A program made the position numbers and the translations under genes. 32,000 bases of DNA from Microcystis aeruginosa NIES-2549 (GTDB lineage: Bacteria > Cyanobacteriota > Cyanobacteriia > Cyanobacteriales > Microcystaceae). Shown one piece after another: positions 24,593 through 32,000 of the stretch (positions are counted from its first letter, which is position 1; every line of letters begins with the position of its first letter). The notes under the pieces were generated by a model. It was given only the letters and a program-made list of their open reading frames with translations, had not been told where the DNA came from and ran no database searches. Location of the stretch: the NCBI RefSeq assembly GCF_000981785.2, contig NZ_CP011304.1, positions 1,320,001-1,352,000 of the forward strand, written 5' to 3'.

Positions 24593-26920
24593 TTACTGCA
24601 TTTTTAACATCCATTCTACCGCTCGTTCATACAGTTCTAAATTACCGGTTTTTATCAAGGCATTAGCGGCTTTTTGCAAATAGTTAAGGCTCACTACTCG
24701 ACTACTAGGATTTTTATCATCGTAGGTGGCAAGCGCCAAATTATAATAAGCTTCGCCATAATTTGGCTGATAAGTAATTGCTAATTGATAATCGGTGATC
24801 GCTCCCTTCTTATCGCCTATTTTTTCCTTAACTAAACCTCGATTATAGTAAGCTTCAGCATAGTTAGACTGGAGAGAAATAGCCATATTTAAATCCTCCA
24901 AAGCACCAGCATTATCTCCCAAATCAAAGCGAATAACTCCCCGGTTATTATAGGCGATCGGATTATTGGAATTCAATCTAACTGCCCTATCTAAATCCTC
25001 TAAAGCACCTTCCTTATCCCCAGTTTGTCGTCGAATAATACCACGATTATTATAGGCGATCGGATTGGCCGATATTCTCGGTGTTACTTGTACATTATCG
25101 GGAATAGTAGCGGTATCCGTGCGTGCATTTCCCCGATTACTATACACCGTCACATCGATAGGATTAATGCTCAAAGATTGCAGATAATCTGTAATCGCTC
25201 CTTGATCATCTCCCACGTCAGCGCTACTATTACCACGACTATAGAAAATTCTCGCATCACGGACTTTTTGTAGAAATACATTATAATCCTCGATCGCTCC
25301 CTGTTTATCCCCTTTTTCAAAACGCGCATTAGCCCGTTTATGATAGCCTTCTGGATCGTTAGGATAGGCAACTATATAAGTAGTATAATCTCTTTCGGCC
25401 GCAGCAAAATTTTTCAAGGCAAAATAAGCATCTCCCCGGGCCTGAGCATGACAAGAGAGGTTATAATTAGGACGAAAATCGGTTTCTCTGGAGTCATAAA
25501 AATAATTTCTGTCGGCAGATTCTTGGATATTTTCGCTACAGACAGAGCGAGAAGTAAAACTAGGTGTATTGATCCGATCATCTTGGTCTAAGGCAATATT
25601 ATAATTATCTACTGCCTCCTGATAACGCCCTAATTTATACAGCACTAATCCCCGATGATAGTGAGCGGCTGCATCATGACGATTTCGTGCCACTGCTGCA
25701 GTAAAATCCTCTAAAGCTCCTGCGTATTCTTGATATTTATTGGCCCGCATTAACCCCCGATATACATAAGCTTTTGCGTCTTGGGGTTGCAGATAAATTG
25801 CTTGGTTATAATCTTGAATTGCCCCTTGATTATTGTTGAGTCTTAGGTGAGCATAACCCCGTTTAAGAAATGCTCTAGCATGGGGAATTTTATCGTAGTT
25901 GGGATTAATACGGATGACAAGTGCTAAGTCTTTGATGGCTCCATTATAATACTCGATCGCTGTTTGATATCCTTCCGGGGAATTATTCGATAAATTGGCT
26001 AATTCTACTTCCTCGTCAGCCATTTCAATTTGTACTCTGGCACGGTTTTGATAACTGCTAGGAGCATTCTTGGCTAAAAATAGTTTGGGTGAGCATTTTA
26101 AAACGATTTTATAATCCTTAAAAGCATCTCGTTTTCTCCCTATCTTTTCTAAAGCTATGGCCCGATTATAATAGAGTTCAATTAGATCGGGTTTGTATGA
26201 AATAGCCAGGTCATAATCTTTGATGGCCGCCGCATAATTGCCTAAGTGAGAGTAAAGGTTTCCTCGATGATAATAGCCGCGATAATTTTCAGTTTCATAA
26301 CCGATGAAACGCTGGTAATAATCTAAAGCCAAGGATTGATGACCGAGCAAAGAGGCAATAACTGCTAGGTTAAAGTAAACTTCGCTTTTATTGGGATTAT
26401 ATTTAAAGGCTTGCTGAAAATCTGATCGAGCAGCTTCTAATAATTTTAGCTGACGCTGCTCCTTGGCTATGGCTAAATTTAACACACCTCTTTGATAATA
26501 GGCTTGGGCTAGTAACTCTCGATCTTTGAATCCGGGAGCATTATAATTACTATACCAAATGTATTGACTGAAATCATCGATCGCACCGTTTCGATCGTTG
26601 ATTTTTTCTCGCGCCATTCCCCGTTGAAGATAAAGTTTAATCGTACTAGGATCGCTAGGATAGACTCGCAGAGTGGCCGAATAATTAGCAATTTCTCTTT
26701 GGAGAGCATTTGTATCAACTTCTTCCCTAGAAATGACAGGACATTGCAGGTTTTCTACCGCTTTAACCGAATTAACTTCTAAACCAAATAATCCCCAAAA
26801 CAACAGGGGAGAAAATAAAAATATTTTTCTAAAAAGCTTGACATTTAAACCGTTTTGTGCTAAAGGAGTCGGGATGGCTTGATCTGTCGATGTTTTAGGA
26901 ATTAAGGATTGTTGTGGCAT
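24593..26920 (-). CDS. Large secreted tetratricopeptide-repeat (TPR) protein
   Basis: About 775 aa of near-continuous TPR units (recurring AxxxYNRGxxxxxLGDxxGAIxDYxxAI, e.g. PIAYNNRGIIRRQTGDKEGALEDL and PIAYNNRGVIRFDLGDNAGALEDL). There is a hydrophobic signal-like segment, FLFSPLLFWGLFGLEVNSVKA. The track start at 26950 is a TTG; I prefer the ATG at 26920 (MPQQSL..). Confidence 0.88.
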   Translation of the reverse strand: MPQQSLIPKTSTDQAIPTPLAQNGLNVKLFRKIFLFSPLLFWGLFGLEVNSVKAVENLQCPVISREEVDTNALQREIANYSATLRVYPSDPSTIKLYLQRGMAREKINDRNGAIDDFSQYIWYSNYNAPGFKDRELLAQAYYQRGVLNLAIAKEQRQLKLLEAARSDFQQAFKYNPNKSEVYFNLAVIASLLGHQSLALDYYQRFIGYETENYRGYYHRGNLYSHLGNYAAAIKDYDLAISYKPDLIELYYNRAIALEKIGRKRDAFKDYKIVLKCSPKLFLAKNAPSSYQNRARVQIEMADEEVELANLSNNSPEGYQTAIEYYNGAIKDLALVIRINPNYDKIPHARAFLKRGYAHLRLNNNQGAIQDYNQAIYLQPQDAKAYVYRGLMRANKYQEYAGALEDFTAAVARNRHDAAAHYHRGLVLYKLGRYQEAVDNYNIALDQDDRINTPSFTSRSVCSENIQESADRNYFYDSRETDFRPNYNLSCHAQARGDAYFALKNFAAAERDYTTYIVAYPNDPEGYHKRANARFEKGDKQGAIEDYNVFLQKVRDARIFYSRGNSSADVGDDQGAITDYLQSLSINPIDVTVYSNRGNARTDTATIPDNVQVTPRISANPIAYNNRGIIRRQTGDKEGALEDLDRAVRLNSNNPIAYNNRGVIRFDLGDNAGALEDLNMAISLQSNYAEAYYNRGLVKEKIGDKKGAITDYQLAITYQPNYGEAYYNLALATYDDKNPSSRVVSLNYLQKAANALIKTGNLELYERAVEWMLKMQ

Positions 26921-26979
26921 GATGATTAAAAAAATTTGTAGTAAACTCAAATCTGAATTGCATCACTATCCGATCATAT

Positions 26980-27078
26980 TTAATAAAATACCTCAAAGGG
27001 GGTTCGATAGTCAAGACATTTTCGGGGACGATTGTTAATTGACTCCACGACTTTTTCGACTTTATACCGTTGGCTCGC
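26980..27078 (-). pseudogene. Remnant of an IS30-family transposase gene (last 32 codons + stop only)
   Basis: Own translation of the minus strand gives ASQRYKVEKVVESINNRPRKCLDYRTPFEVFY, then stop (TAA = 26980-26982). The NNRPRKxLxxxTPxEVF motif is the conserved C-terminal signature of IS30-type DDE transposases. An in-frame stop lies at 27079-27081, and I could not recognise the rest of the gene upstream. Confidence 0.6.
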
Positions 27079-27403
27079 CTAGACTTTTTATAGCAAATTA
27101 GTAGTTTTAATCAGCTTAAAAACTTAGATAGTATGGAATCGAATAAAGCAAAAATAGGCCCTCTTGGGTTTGCTGGGTACGAGCGAATAGAACGAACCAC
27201 AAAGACACAAAGGACACAAAGATCGATCGCTCCTATATTAAGTTAAACTGATCAGACGAAGAATAAGAGAGTCAAAATTAATAGACCTCCCGCAAAAGTA
27301 AGTTCTCGATCCGCTATCGGGTCAAAATATCTAAAAGCACAGATAAATTTGACATCATCTTCGGTTTTATGGGTAGGATAGTTGTCTCTTGTCTTTTTTC
27401 TCC

Positions 27404-27456
27404 TCCTGTCTCGGAGTTTCCTCACCTAACGGAAGATTTTTGATTTTTACAGGAGA
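27404..27456 (+). repeat. 53-bp dispersed element, copy B (50/53 identical to 8682-8734)
   Basis: TCCTGTCTCGGAGTTTCCTCACCTAACGGAAGATTTTTGATTTTTACAGGAGA. It ends 69 nt upstream of the CIA30-gene ATG, on the same strand. Confidence 0.9.
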
Positions 27457-27525
27457 GCTTTTGATCTCAAACAGCCAAACTAACTCGATAAAATAAAAAT
27501 TAATGGCAGTAAGGAGATAAAAGTT

Positions 27526-28587
27526 ATGGCTGAGTCAAAAAACTGGGATTTTCAGAGATTTTGGCAAACTCTCGACTATTTTGATAGTATTCCCCTCTGG
27601 AGTTGTCTGCAAAAGCTGCTCGGTTTCGGGGAAGATAAAAAAATTCAGCTAACAAATGAGCAAGGCATGAAGACTATTTTAGTCATTGGTGGTGAAAATG
27701 CGATCGGTAGAAAGGTAATCGCTCAACTACAGCAGCAAAACTATCAAATTCGCGCTTTAGTCGATAATATCGAGTCTGCACGTCAATTATTCGGCGAAAA
27801 TGTCGATTTATTCGCTCTGGAAACCCCGCAATTATTCACGGGGATTGATGAGATTATCTACTGTCAAGGGGAGAATAACCGCCATAATTTAGCTAATTTA
27901 CTCGATTTACTGAAAAATGCTGGTGTAACCGCCGAAAAAACCCTCTTTGACTTTAGCAATCCCAGCAGTGATATAAAAGAAATCTGGGGTGCGGTGGATG
28001 ATGTGGTGATGGGAGGAGTGAGCGAGAGTCAGATAACCCTGACTAGAGGACGAGCGCTCTTTTCTGGTATCGTTAGAACCGAAAATAACGGCGGTTTTGC
28101 CTCAGTTCGTACCAGAAACCTGAATCCTCCCCTAAATTTATCTAACTACGAGGGAATAGAATTACAGGTACAAGGGGACGGAAAACGCTATAAATTAATT
28201 CTGCGCTGTGAAGGACGTTGGGATGGTATCGGTTACTGTTATTCTTTTGATACATTTGATCGCACCCTGCAAAAGATTTCTATTCCCTTTCGCGATTTAA
28301 TCCCAGTGCTGCGGGCCAAAACGATGAGAGATGTAGTACCCTTTGATAGCAGTAGCGTCTATGCTTTGCAGTTAATGCAGAGTAAATTCGAGTACGATGG
28401 GGCCTTAAATCCCCGTTTCTCTCCGGGGTTATTTGCTTTAGAAATTGTCACAATTAAAGCCTACGGTGGCAAAAATCGCTTAATTATCGTTAAAGAAGGA
28501 GAAATCGCCGAAAAAAGCCTCTTAGATGCTAGTGGTTATCCCTACGAAGCGATCGATTCTGCCCAGATTTTCGCTAAACTTAATTAA
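27526..28587 (+). CDS. CIA30 (complex I intermediate-associated protein 30)-domain protein with a short, degenerate Rossmann-like N-terminal region
   Basis: 353 aa. The SD AAGGAG is at 27511-27516. The N-terminus ILVIGGENAIGRKVIAQL resembles a GxxGxxG dinucleotide fold. The central WGAVDDVVMGGVSES...FSGIVRTENNGGFASVR...YALQLMQSKF is typical of CIA30. Confidence 0.8.
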   Translation: MAESKNWDFQRFWQTLDYFDSIPLWSCLQKLLGFGEDKKIQLTNEQGMKTILVIGGENAIGRKVIAQLQQQNYQIRALVDNIESARQLFGENVDLFALETPQLFTGIDEIIYCQGENNRHNLANLLDLLKNAGVTAEKTLFDFSNPSSDIKEIWGAVDDVVMGGVSESQITLTRGRALFSGIVRTENNGGFASVRTRNLNPPLNLSNYEGIELQVQGDGKRYKLILRCEGRWDGIGYCYSFDTFDRTLQKISIPFRDLIPVLRAKTMRDVVPFDSSSVYALQLMQSKFEYDGALNPRFSPGLFALEIVTIKAYGGKNRLIIVKEGEIAEKSLLDASGYPYEAIDSAQIFAKLN

Positions 28588-28673
28588 TTTAAATAAGCTT
28601 GGATCTCAAGTTAAACTACAGAACATCGGGTTAAGATCATGACTATCGGGAGCATAATTAAGGAGGTATGTTC

Positions 28674-29294
28674 ATGAGTGAACAGAATCCCTACGAACAA
28701 CTTGGGGTTACTGAAGAATCCTCTTTTGAAGAAATTCAAGAGGCCAAACAAAGACTGGTGCAACAGTATCAAAATGATAGCAAAATTGTCGAATTGATCG
28801 AGGCGGCCTACGATTCCGTCCTCATGGATCGACTGCGGATGCGACAGGAGGGTAGAATTAAAGTTCCCGATCGCATTCGTTTTCCCGAACGTCTGGCGAT
28901 TCCGGTGGAAAGTAAACCGGTTACTAGCGGCAAATCTCCTAACTGGTGGAAAAGCTTAATCGATACACCTTCTGCACAGGATATCGGTGTACCAGCAGTG
29001 ATTTACGCTTGTTTAGGAGCAATAACGCTGTTAGTTCCCGATCCTAGCGGCTCCCTCTTACCGCTGCTCTTAGCTTTTGGCGTTTTCGTTAATATCTATT
29101 TTTTCAACCGCAAAGAAAAACGTTTTGGCCGCGCCTTGCTGTTCACTCTCGCTGGTTTATTGTTAGGAGTCGCTCTGGGAGCGGGATTAGCCAGTTTAGC
29201 GGCCAAGGCTGATTGGCATATTTTCGGTGATCGCCAAATTTATGCGCTCGTCACTTTTCTGATCTTTTGGGTGATTAGTAGTTTTTTCCGTTAA
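28674..29294 (+). CDS. CPP1-like (DUF3353) membrane protein with an N-terminal J-like domain lacking HPD
   Basis: NPYEQLGVTEESSFEEIQEAKQRLVQQY is J-like, and no HPD tripeptide follows. The C-terminus has 3-4 TM helices. The SD AAGGAGG at 28660-28666 fits the second ATG (28674) better than the track ATG at 28668, which is only 1 nt from the SD. Confidence 0.8.
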   Translation: MSEQNPYEQLGVTEESSFEEIQEAKQRLVQQYQNDSKIVELIEAAYDSVLMDRLRMRQEGRIKVPDRIRFPERLAIPVESKPVTSGKSPNWWKSLIDTPSAQDIGVPAVIYACLGAITLLVPDPSGSLLPLLLAFGVFVNIYFFNRKEKRFGRALLFTLAGLLLGVALGAGLASLAAKADWHIFGDRQIYALVTFLIFWVISSFFR

Positions 29295-29986
29295 CCGAAC
29301 GCTCGCAGGGAGCCTAAGATCACTTCCACTGCTTCCCCAAGGTTATTGACGATATAATCAGGCTCGTAGCTCTCTAAACGGGAACGGCTGCGAATCCCCG
29401 ATAATACGCCAATAACCTTGATATTCTGGCTCTTAGCGGCGGCAATATCCGCTTCCGTATCCCCCACCATCCAAGTGTCGGCAGCCGCCGGCAGTTCTTT
29501 AGCGGCCTTAGCCATAAGCAGGGTTTTGTCGCGCACGTCGTTGGTTTTGGTGTAATTGTTATTTAGACAATAACGACGATTAGCGGCGAAAAAACGACCG
29601 ATATCGTAGCGATTAAAGGCATGATCTAGCTCGGATACCCGCCGCATCGTCATCACGACTAAATCGATCTTTAACTCTTGGATTTTCTGGAGAGTTTCCA
29701 AAGAACCAACCACCGGGCGATCGTGGACAAGATAGGGTAAAGTATGAACAGTTTGACGACGAAGATGGGCAAATTTACGCGCTTGATCTTCATCTAATCC
29801 TGACATTTCCCCGATACGCTTCTCAGAAACCTGATCCCGTTTTAACTGCCAGAATTCCGCTTTCGATAATTCCCCGATAATTTGACCTTTATAGGCGGTT
29901 TTCTGTAAACAGTATTGATAAACTTGGTAATATCGCTCCGATACGTCCATTATCGGGCCGTCAAAGTCGCTAATTAGTCTCAACAT
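29291..29986 (-). CDS. HAD-superfamily hydrolase (phosphatase-like)
   Basis: Motif I is LISDFDGPIMDV, at residues 4-15 when started from ATG 29986 (the track start at 30025 is a TTG). It also has VVMTMR (motif II-like) and MVGDTEADIAAA (motif IV). Confidence 0.82.
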   Translation of the reverse strand: MLRLISDFDGPIMDVSERYYQVYQYCLQKTAYKGQIIGELSKAEFWQLKRDQVSEKRIGEMSGLDEDQARKFAHLRRQTVHTLPYLVHDRPVVGSLETLQKIQELKIDLVVMTMRRVSELDHAFNRYDIGRFFAANRRYCLNNNYTKTNDVRDKTLLMAKAAKELPAAADTWMVGDTEADIAAAKSQNIKVIGVLSGIRSRSRLESYEPDYIVNNLGEAVEVILGSLRAFG

Positions 29987-30082
29987 CGTTCTAATACTTC
30001 TCGCTTTATTAATTTTTATATACAAGTTACCCTAGAGTCTTTACAATTACAAGAGTTTTGTCGGGAAAAAGATTAGGAATGA

Positions 30083-30170
30083 GGGAAGTGGGGAGATGGG
30101 GAGATGGGGAGATGGGGTGTGGGGTGTAGGGTGTGGGGTGTGGGGTGTGGGGGGAAATGGGGAGGTGGGG
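30083..30170 (+). repeat. G-rich heptamer array (GATGGGG/TGTGGGG class), 12 G3-6 tracts separated by 3-4 nt
   Basis: G tracts lie at 30083-85, 30090-93, 30098-101, 30106-109, 30114-117, 30121-124, 30129-131, 30135-138, 30142-145, 30149-154, 30159-162 and 30167-170. A C-rich partial complement follows at 30186-30210. Confidence 0.95.
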
Positions 30171-30213
30171 AAATTTCAACTAATACCCCAAAACCCCAAC
30201 CTCCAACCCCTCA

Positions 30214-30261
30214 CTGATTACTGATTACTGATCACTGATTACTGATCACTGATCACTGATG
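30214..30261. repeat. Heptamer array CTGATTA x2-CTGATCA-CTGATTA-CTGATCA x2-CTGATG, 87 nt upstream of the sds ATG
   Basis: Direct reading, phased from 30214. Confidence 0.95.
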
Positions 30262-30348
30262 CTTCCCCTTCCCTAGTCTGGACGGTTAGCTTAAAATAAA
30301 TGTAAGGATATGTAAACTTTCGTAACTATCTCGCCAATTGGCTAACCA

Positions 30349-31320
30349 ATGATCCCAACAACTTCTTTATTCGCACCCGTTGACGATGATCTCCGTCTTT
30401 TGACCGATAACTTAAAAAATCTCGTCGGCGCTCGTCATCCCATTTTAGCGGCGGCAGCAGAACATTTGTTCGAGGCCGGTGGTAAACGCGTTCGACCGGC
30501 GATCGTGTTGCTGGTATCTCGCGCTACTATGTTAGACCGGGATATCACTCCCCGTCATCGTCGATTAGCGGAAATCACCGAGATGATCCACACTGCCAGT
30601 CTCGTCCATGATGATGTGGTAGATGAGGCAGAATTGCGGCGCAGTGTTCCCACCGTTAACAGTTTATTTGACAATCGTGTGGCGGTTTTAGCGGGAGATT
30701 TTCTTTTCGCTCAATCCTCTTGGTATCTAGCTAATTTAGATAATTTAGAAGTGGTAAAATTGCTCTCGGAAGTGATTCGCGATTTTGCTGAAGGGGAAAT
30801 TCAACAGGGAATTAATCGCTTTGATACCAGTATCTCCTTAGAAGCTTATCTAGAAAAAAGTTACTACAAAACTGCTTCTTTAATTGCCAACAGTGCCAAA
30901 GCAGCTGGGGTATTAAGCGAGCAATCGGCCGAAGTTAATCATCATTTATATAATTATGGTCGTGATTTAGGATTAGCTTTTCAAATCGTCGATGATATTC
31001 TCGATTTTACCTCCCCCACGGAAGTATTAGGAAAACCCTCTGGCTCCGATTTGATCAGTGGTAATATCACCGCTCCTGCTCTCTTTGCCATGGAGGAAAA
31101 TCCCTATATAGAAGTGTTGATCGAACGGGAATTTAGTCAGGAAGGAGACATCGAAAAAGCTCTTGACTTTATTCACTCTAGCCAAGGTATTCCTCGCTCA
31201 AAAGAATTAGCCAATCAATACGGTCAAAGTGCCTTAAAACACCTTGACTGTTTAGCTTCTTCTCCCTCAAAAGATGTGTTAATTGAGCTAGTAGATTACG
31301 TTTTGAGCCGAATTTATTAG
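30349..31320 (+). CDS. sds: All-trans polyprenyl (solanesyl) diphosphate synthase for plastoquinone-9
   Basis: 323 aa. The first Asp-rich motif is LVHDDVVDEAELRR and the second is FQIVDDILDF. GGKRVRPAIVLL is also present. The overall sequence is typical of cyanobacterial Sds/PreA-type long-chain prenyl diphosphate synthases. The chain-length assignment is inferred from family membership. Confidence 0.88.
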   Translation: MIPTTSLFAPVDDDLRLLTDNLKNLVGARHPILAAAAEHLFEAGGKRVRPAIVLLVSRATMLDRDITPRHRRLAEITEMIHTASLVHDDVVDEAELRRSVPTVNSLFDNRVAVLAGDFLFAQSSWYLANLDNLEVVKLLSEVIRDFAEGEIQQGINRFDTSISLEAYLEKSYYKTASLIANSAKAAGVLSEQSAEVNHHLYNYGRDLGLAFQIVDDILDFTSPTEVLGKPSGSDLISGNITAPALFAMEENPYIEVLIEREFSQEGDIEKALDFIHSSQGIPRSKELANQYGQSALKHLDCLASSPSKDVLIELVDYVLSRIY

Positions 31321-31862
31321 GGAATAATAGTTCTCGCCGTAGCAATAGTCCAAGCATCGACTAATAATAAAAATAGGGTGAGAATAAAAAGAATTCCATA
31401 CATCCAAGGTTGAGAAAGGGGGCGAATATCAGTCATATCCAAGTTAGTTTTTTCCTCGATTATTTTGACCATGCGATTAAATCCCACTACTCGCATCGGC
31501 AATAAATAGGCTTTTTCTGCGGAGCGATCAAGGAAATAATAAACTAAACCACCCTGTCCCGTACTGCGACATTTAAGTTCTTTTATATCTGTCCAATTTA
31601 ACCACCAACCAGAGCGAAGAAAAGCGGGAAACCATTGGGGATAGGTAACTTGTATCCCTGTCTCTGATAAAATCACCCTTTCACTTAAAGCTCCGTATAA
31701 AGCGATTAATCCTAAGCTAATTCCTACCCAGAGAAAATTGGGATTAACGGGGGAATTAGTGACTTTTGCTAAAAAGGGTAAAGGGATGGTTAACGCCACA
31801 TATAAACTTAATAAAGTTACCCGAATTATTGGTGAAATGCGAAAAGTTGTTGTCTCGTTCAT
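31317..31862 (-). CDS. Hypothetical membrane protein (181 aa)
   Basis: ATG start. Two N-terminal TM helices and one C-terminal TM helix flank a soluble segment. Its stop codon overlaps the sds stop (TTAG at 31317-31320). No family recognised. Confidence 0.6.
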   Translation of the reverse strand: MNETTTFRISPIIRVTLLSLYVALTIPLPFLAKVTNSPVNPNFLWVGISLGLIALYGALSERVILSETGIQVTYPQWFPAFLRSGWWLNWTDIKELKCRSTGQGGLVYYFLDRSAEKAYLLPMRVVGFNRMVKIIEEKTNLDMTDIRPLSQPWMYGILFILTLFLLLVDAWTIATARTIIP

Positions 31863-31876
31863 TTGATAACCTTAAT

Positions 31877-31895
31877 CAGTAAACAGTAAACAGTG
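31877..31895. repeat. Heptamer array CAGTAAA x2-CAGTG, which reads CTGTTTA-class on the sense strand of the 181-aa gene, 14 nt upstream of its ATG
   Basis: Direct reading. It ends in CAGTGAAAAG, the same as the miaA-proximal array (22057-22066). Confidence 0.9.
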
Positions 31896-31955
31896 AAAAG
31901 AAGGCTCCGAACTTGCCACTTAATACTTTAACACTTTAATACTTAATACTGCTCA

Positions 31956-31988
31956 CTGATAACTGATAACTGATCACTGATCACTGAG
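31956..31988. repeat. Heptamer array CTGATAA x2-CTGATCA x2-CTGAG at the window edge
   Basis: Direct reading. The neighbouring gene is outside the window. Confidence 0.9.
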
Positions 31989-32000
31989 TCTCCTTGTCCC

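Noticed and set aside
25025-26782. ORFs 25025-25273(+), 25171-25371(-), 25340-25591(+), 26509-26718(-) and 26564-26782(+)
   Set aside because: They are inside the TPR gene, in alternative or antisense frames kept open by the repetitive TPR coding sequence.
26996-27012. tRNA-like T-loop sequence GGTTCGATA
   Set aside because: No complementary T-stem or acceptor stem surrounds it. It is the reverse strand of the IS30-remnant codons (..DYRTPF..).
27134-27247. Small ORF MESNKAKIGPLGFAGYERIERTTKTQRTQRSIAPILS containing the CACAAAG(G)A short repeats (27198-27222)
   Set aside because: It has no RBS and a low-complexity repeat-derived sequence, and it lies in a spacer already shown to contain IS debris. 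It is more likely non-coding repeat DNA.

Overview
Chromosomal, mostly housekeeping segment of a unicellular cyanobacterium. The taxon call rests on frequent HIP1 octamers GCGATCGC (e.g. 3618-3625, 4210-4217, 4257-4264, 4910-4917, 6692-6699), a cyanobacteria-typical gene set (CPP1-like protein, solanesyl-PP synthase, rpmH-rnpA-PH-yidC-jag cluster) and Microcystis-style 7-nt tandem arrays. The genus-level guess is inference only. I support 28 chromosomal protein genes: grpE, two HAD hydrolases, a glycogen debranching enzyme, rpmH (missing from the ORF track), rnpA, yidC, jag, a GT39 operon, an atypical pyruvate-kinase-like gene, gatB, an orphan parA, a J-domain/pentapeptide protein, an AI-2E/SBP/DUF2079 operon, miaA, ftsH, a large TPR protein, a CIA30 protein, a CPP1-like protein, sds and several hypotheticals. 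In addition, pilB is split by a complete 757-bp IS1-family element with intact 8-bp target duplication, and a decayed IS30-type transposase tail sits upstream of the TPR gene. I found no rRNA, tRNA, CRISPR array, or recognisable defence, toxin-antitoxin, retron or DGR system. I cannot honestly point to a convincing new multi-gene system. The signals the genes do not explain are non-coding. (1) Heptamer (7-nt) tandem arrays lie at about ten gene boundaries, and their polarity is locked to the transcription direction of the adjacent gene. (2) The longest such array abuts the start codon of the orphan ParA, giving an iteron/centromere-like layout. (3) A 12-tract G-rich heptamer array with G-quadruplex potential sits in a divergent promoter region. 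(4) A 53-bp hairpin-capable element is present twice (50/53 identical). (5) An in-frame 15-bp VNTR lies in the J-domain/pentapeptide gene. All functional readings of these are hypotheses that need genome-wide counts or experiments.
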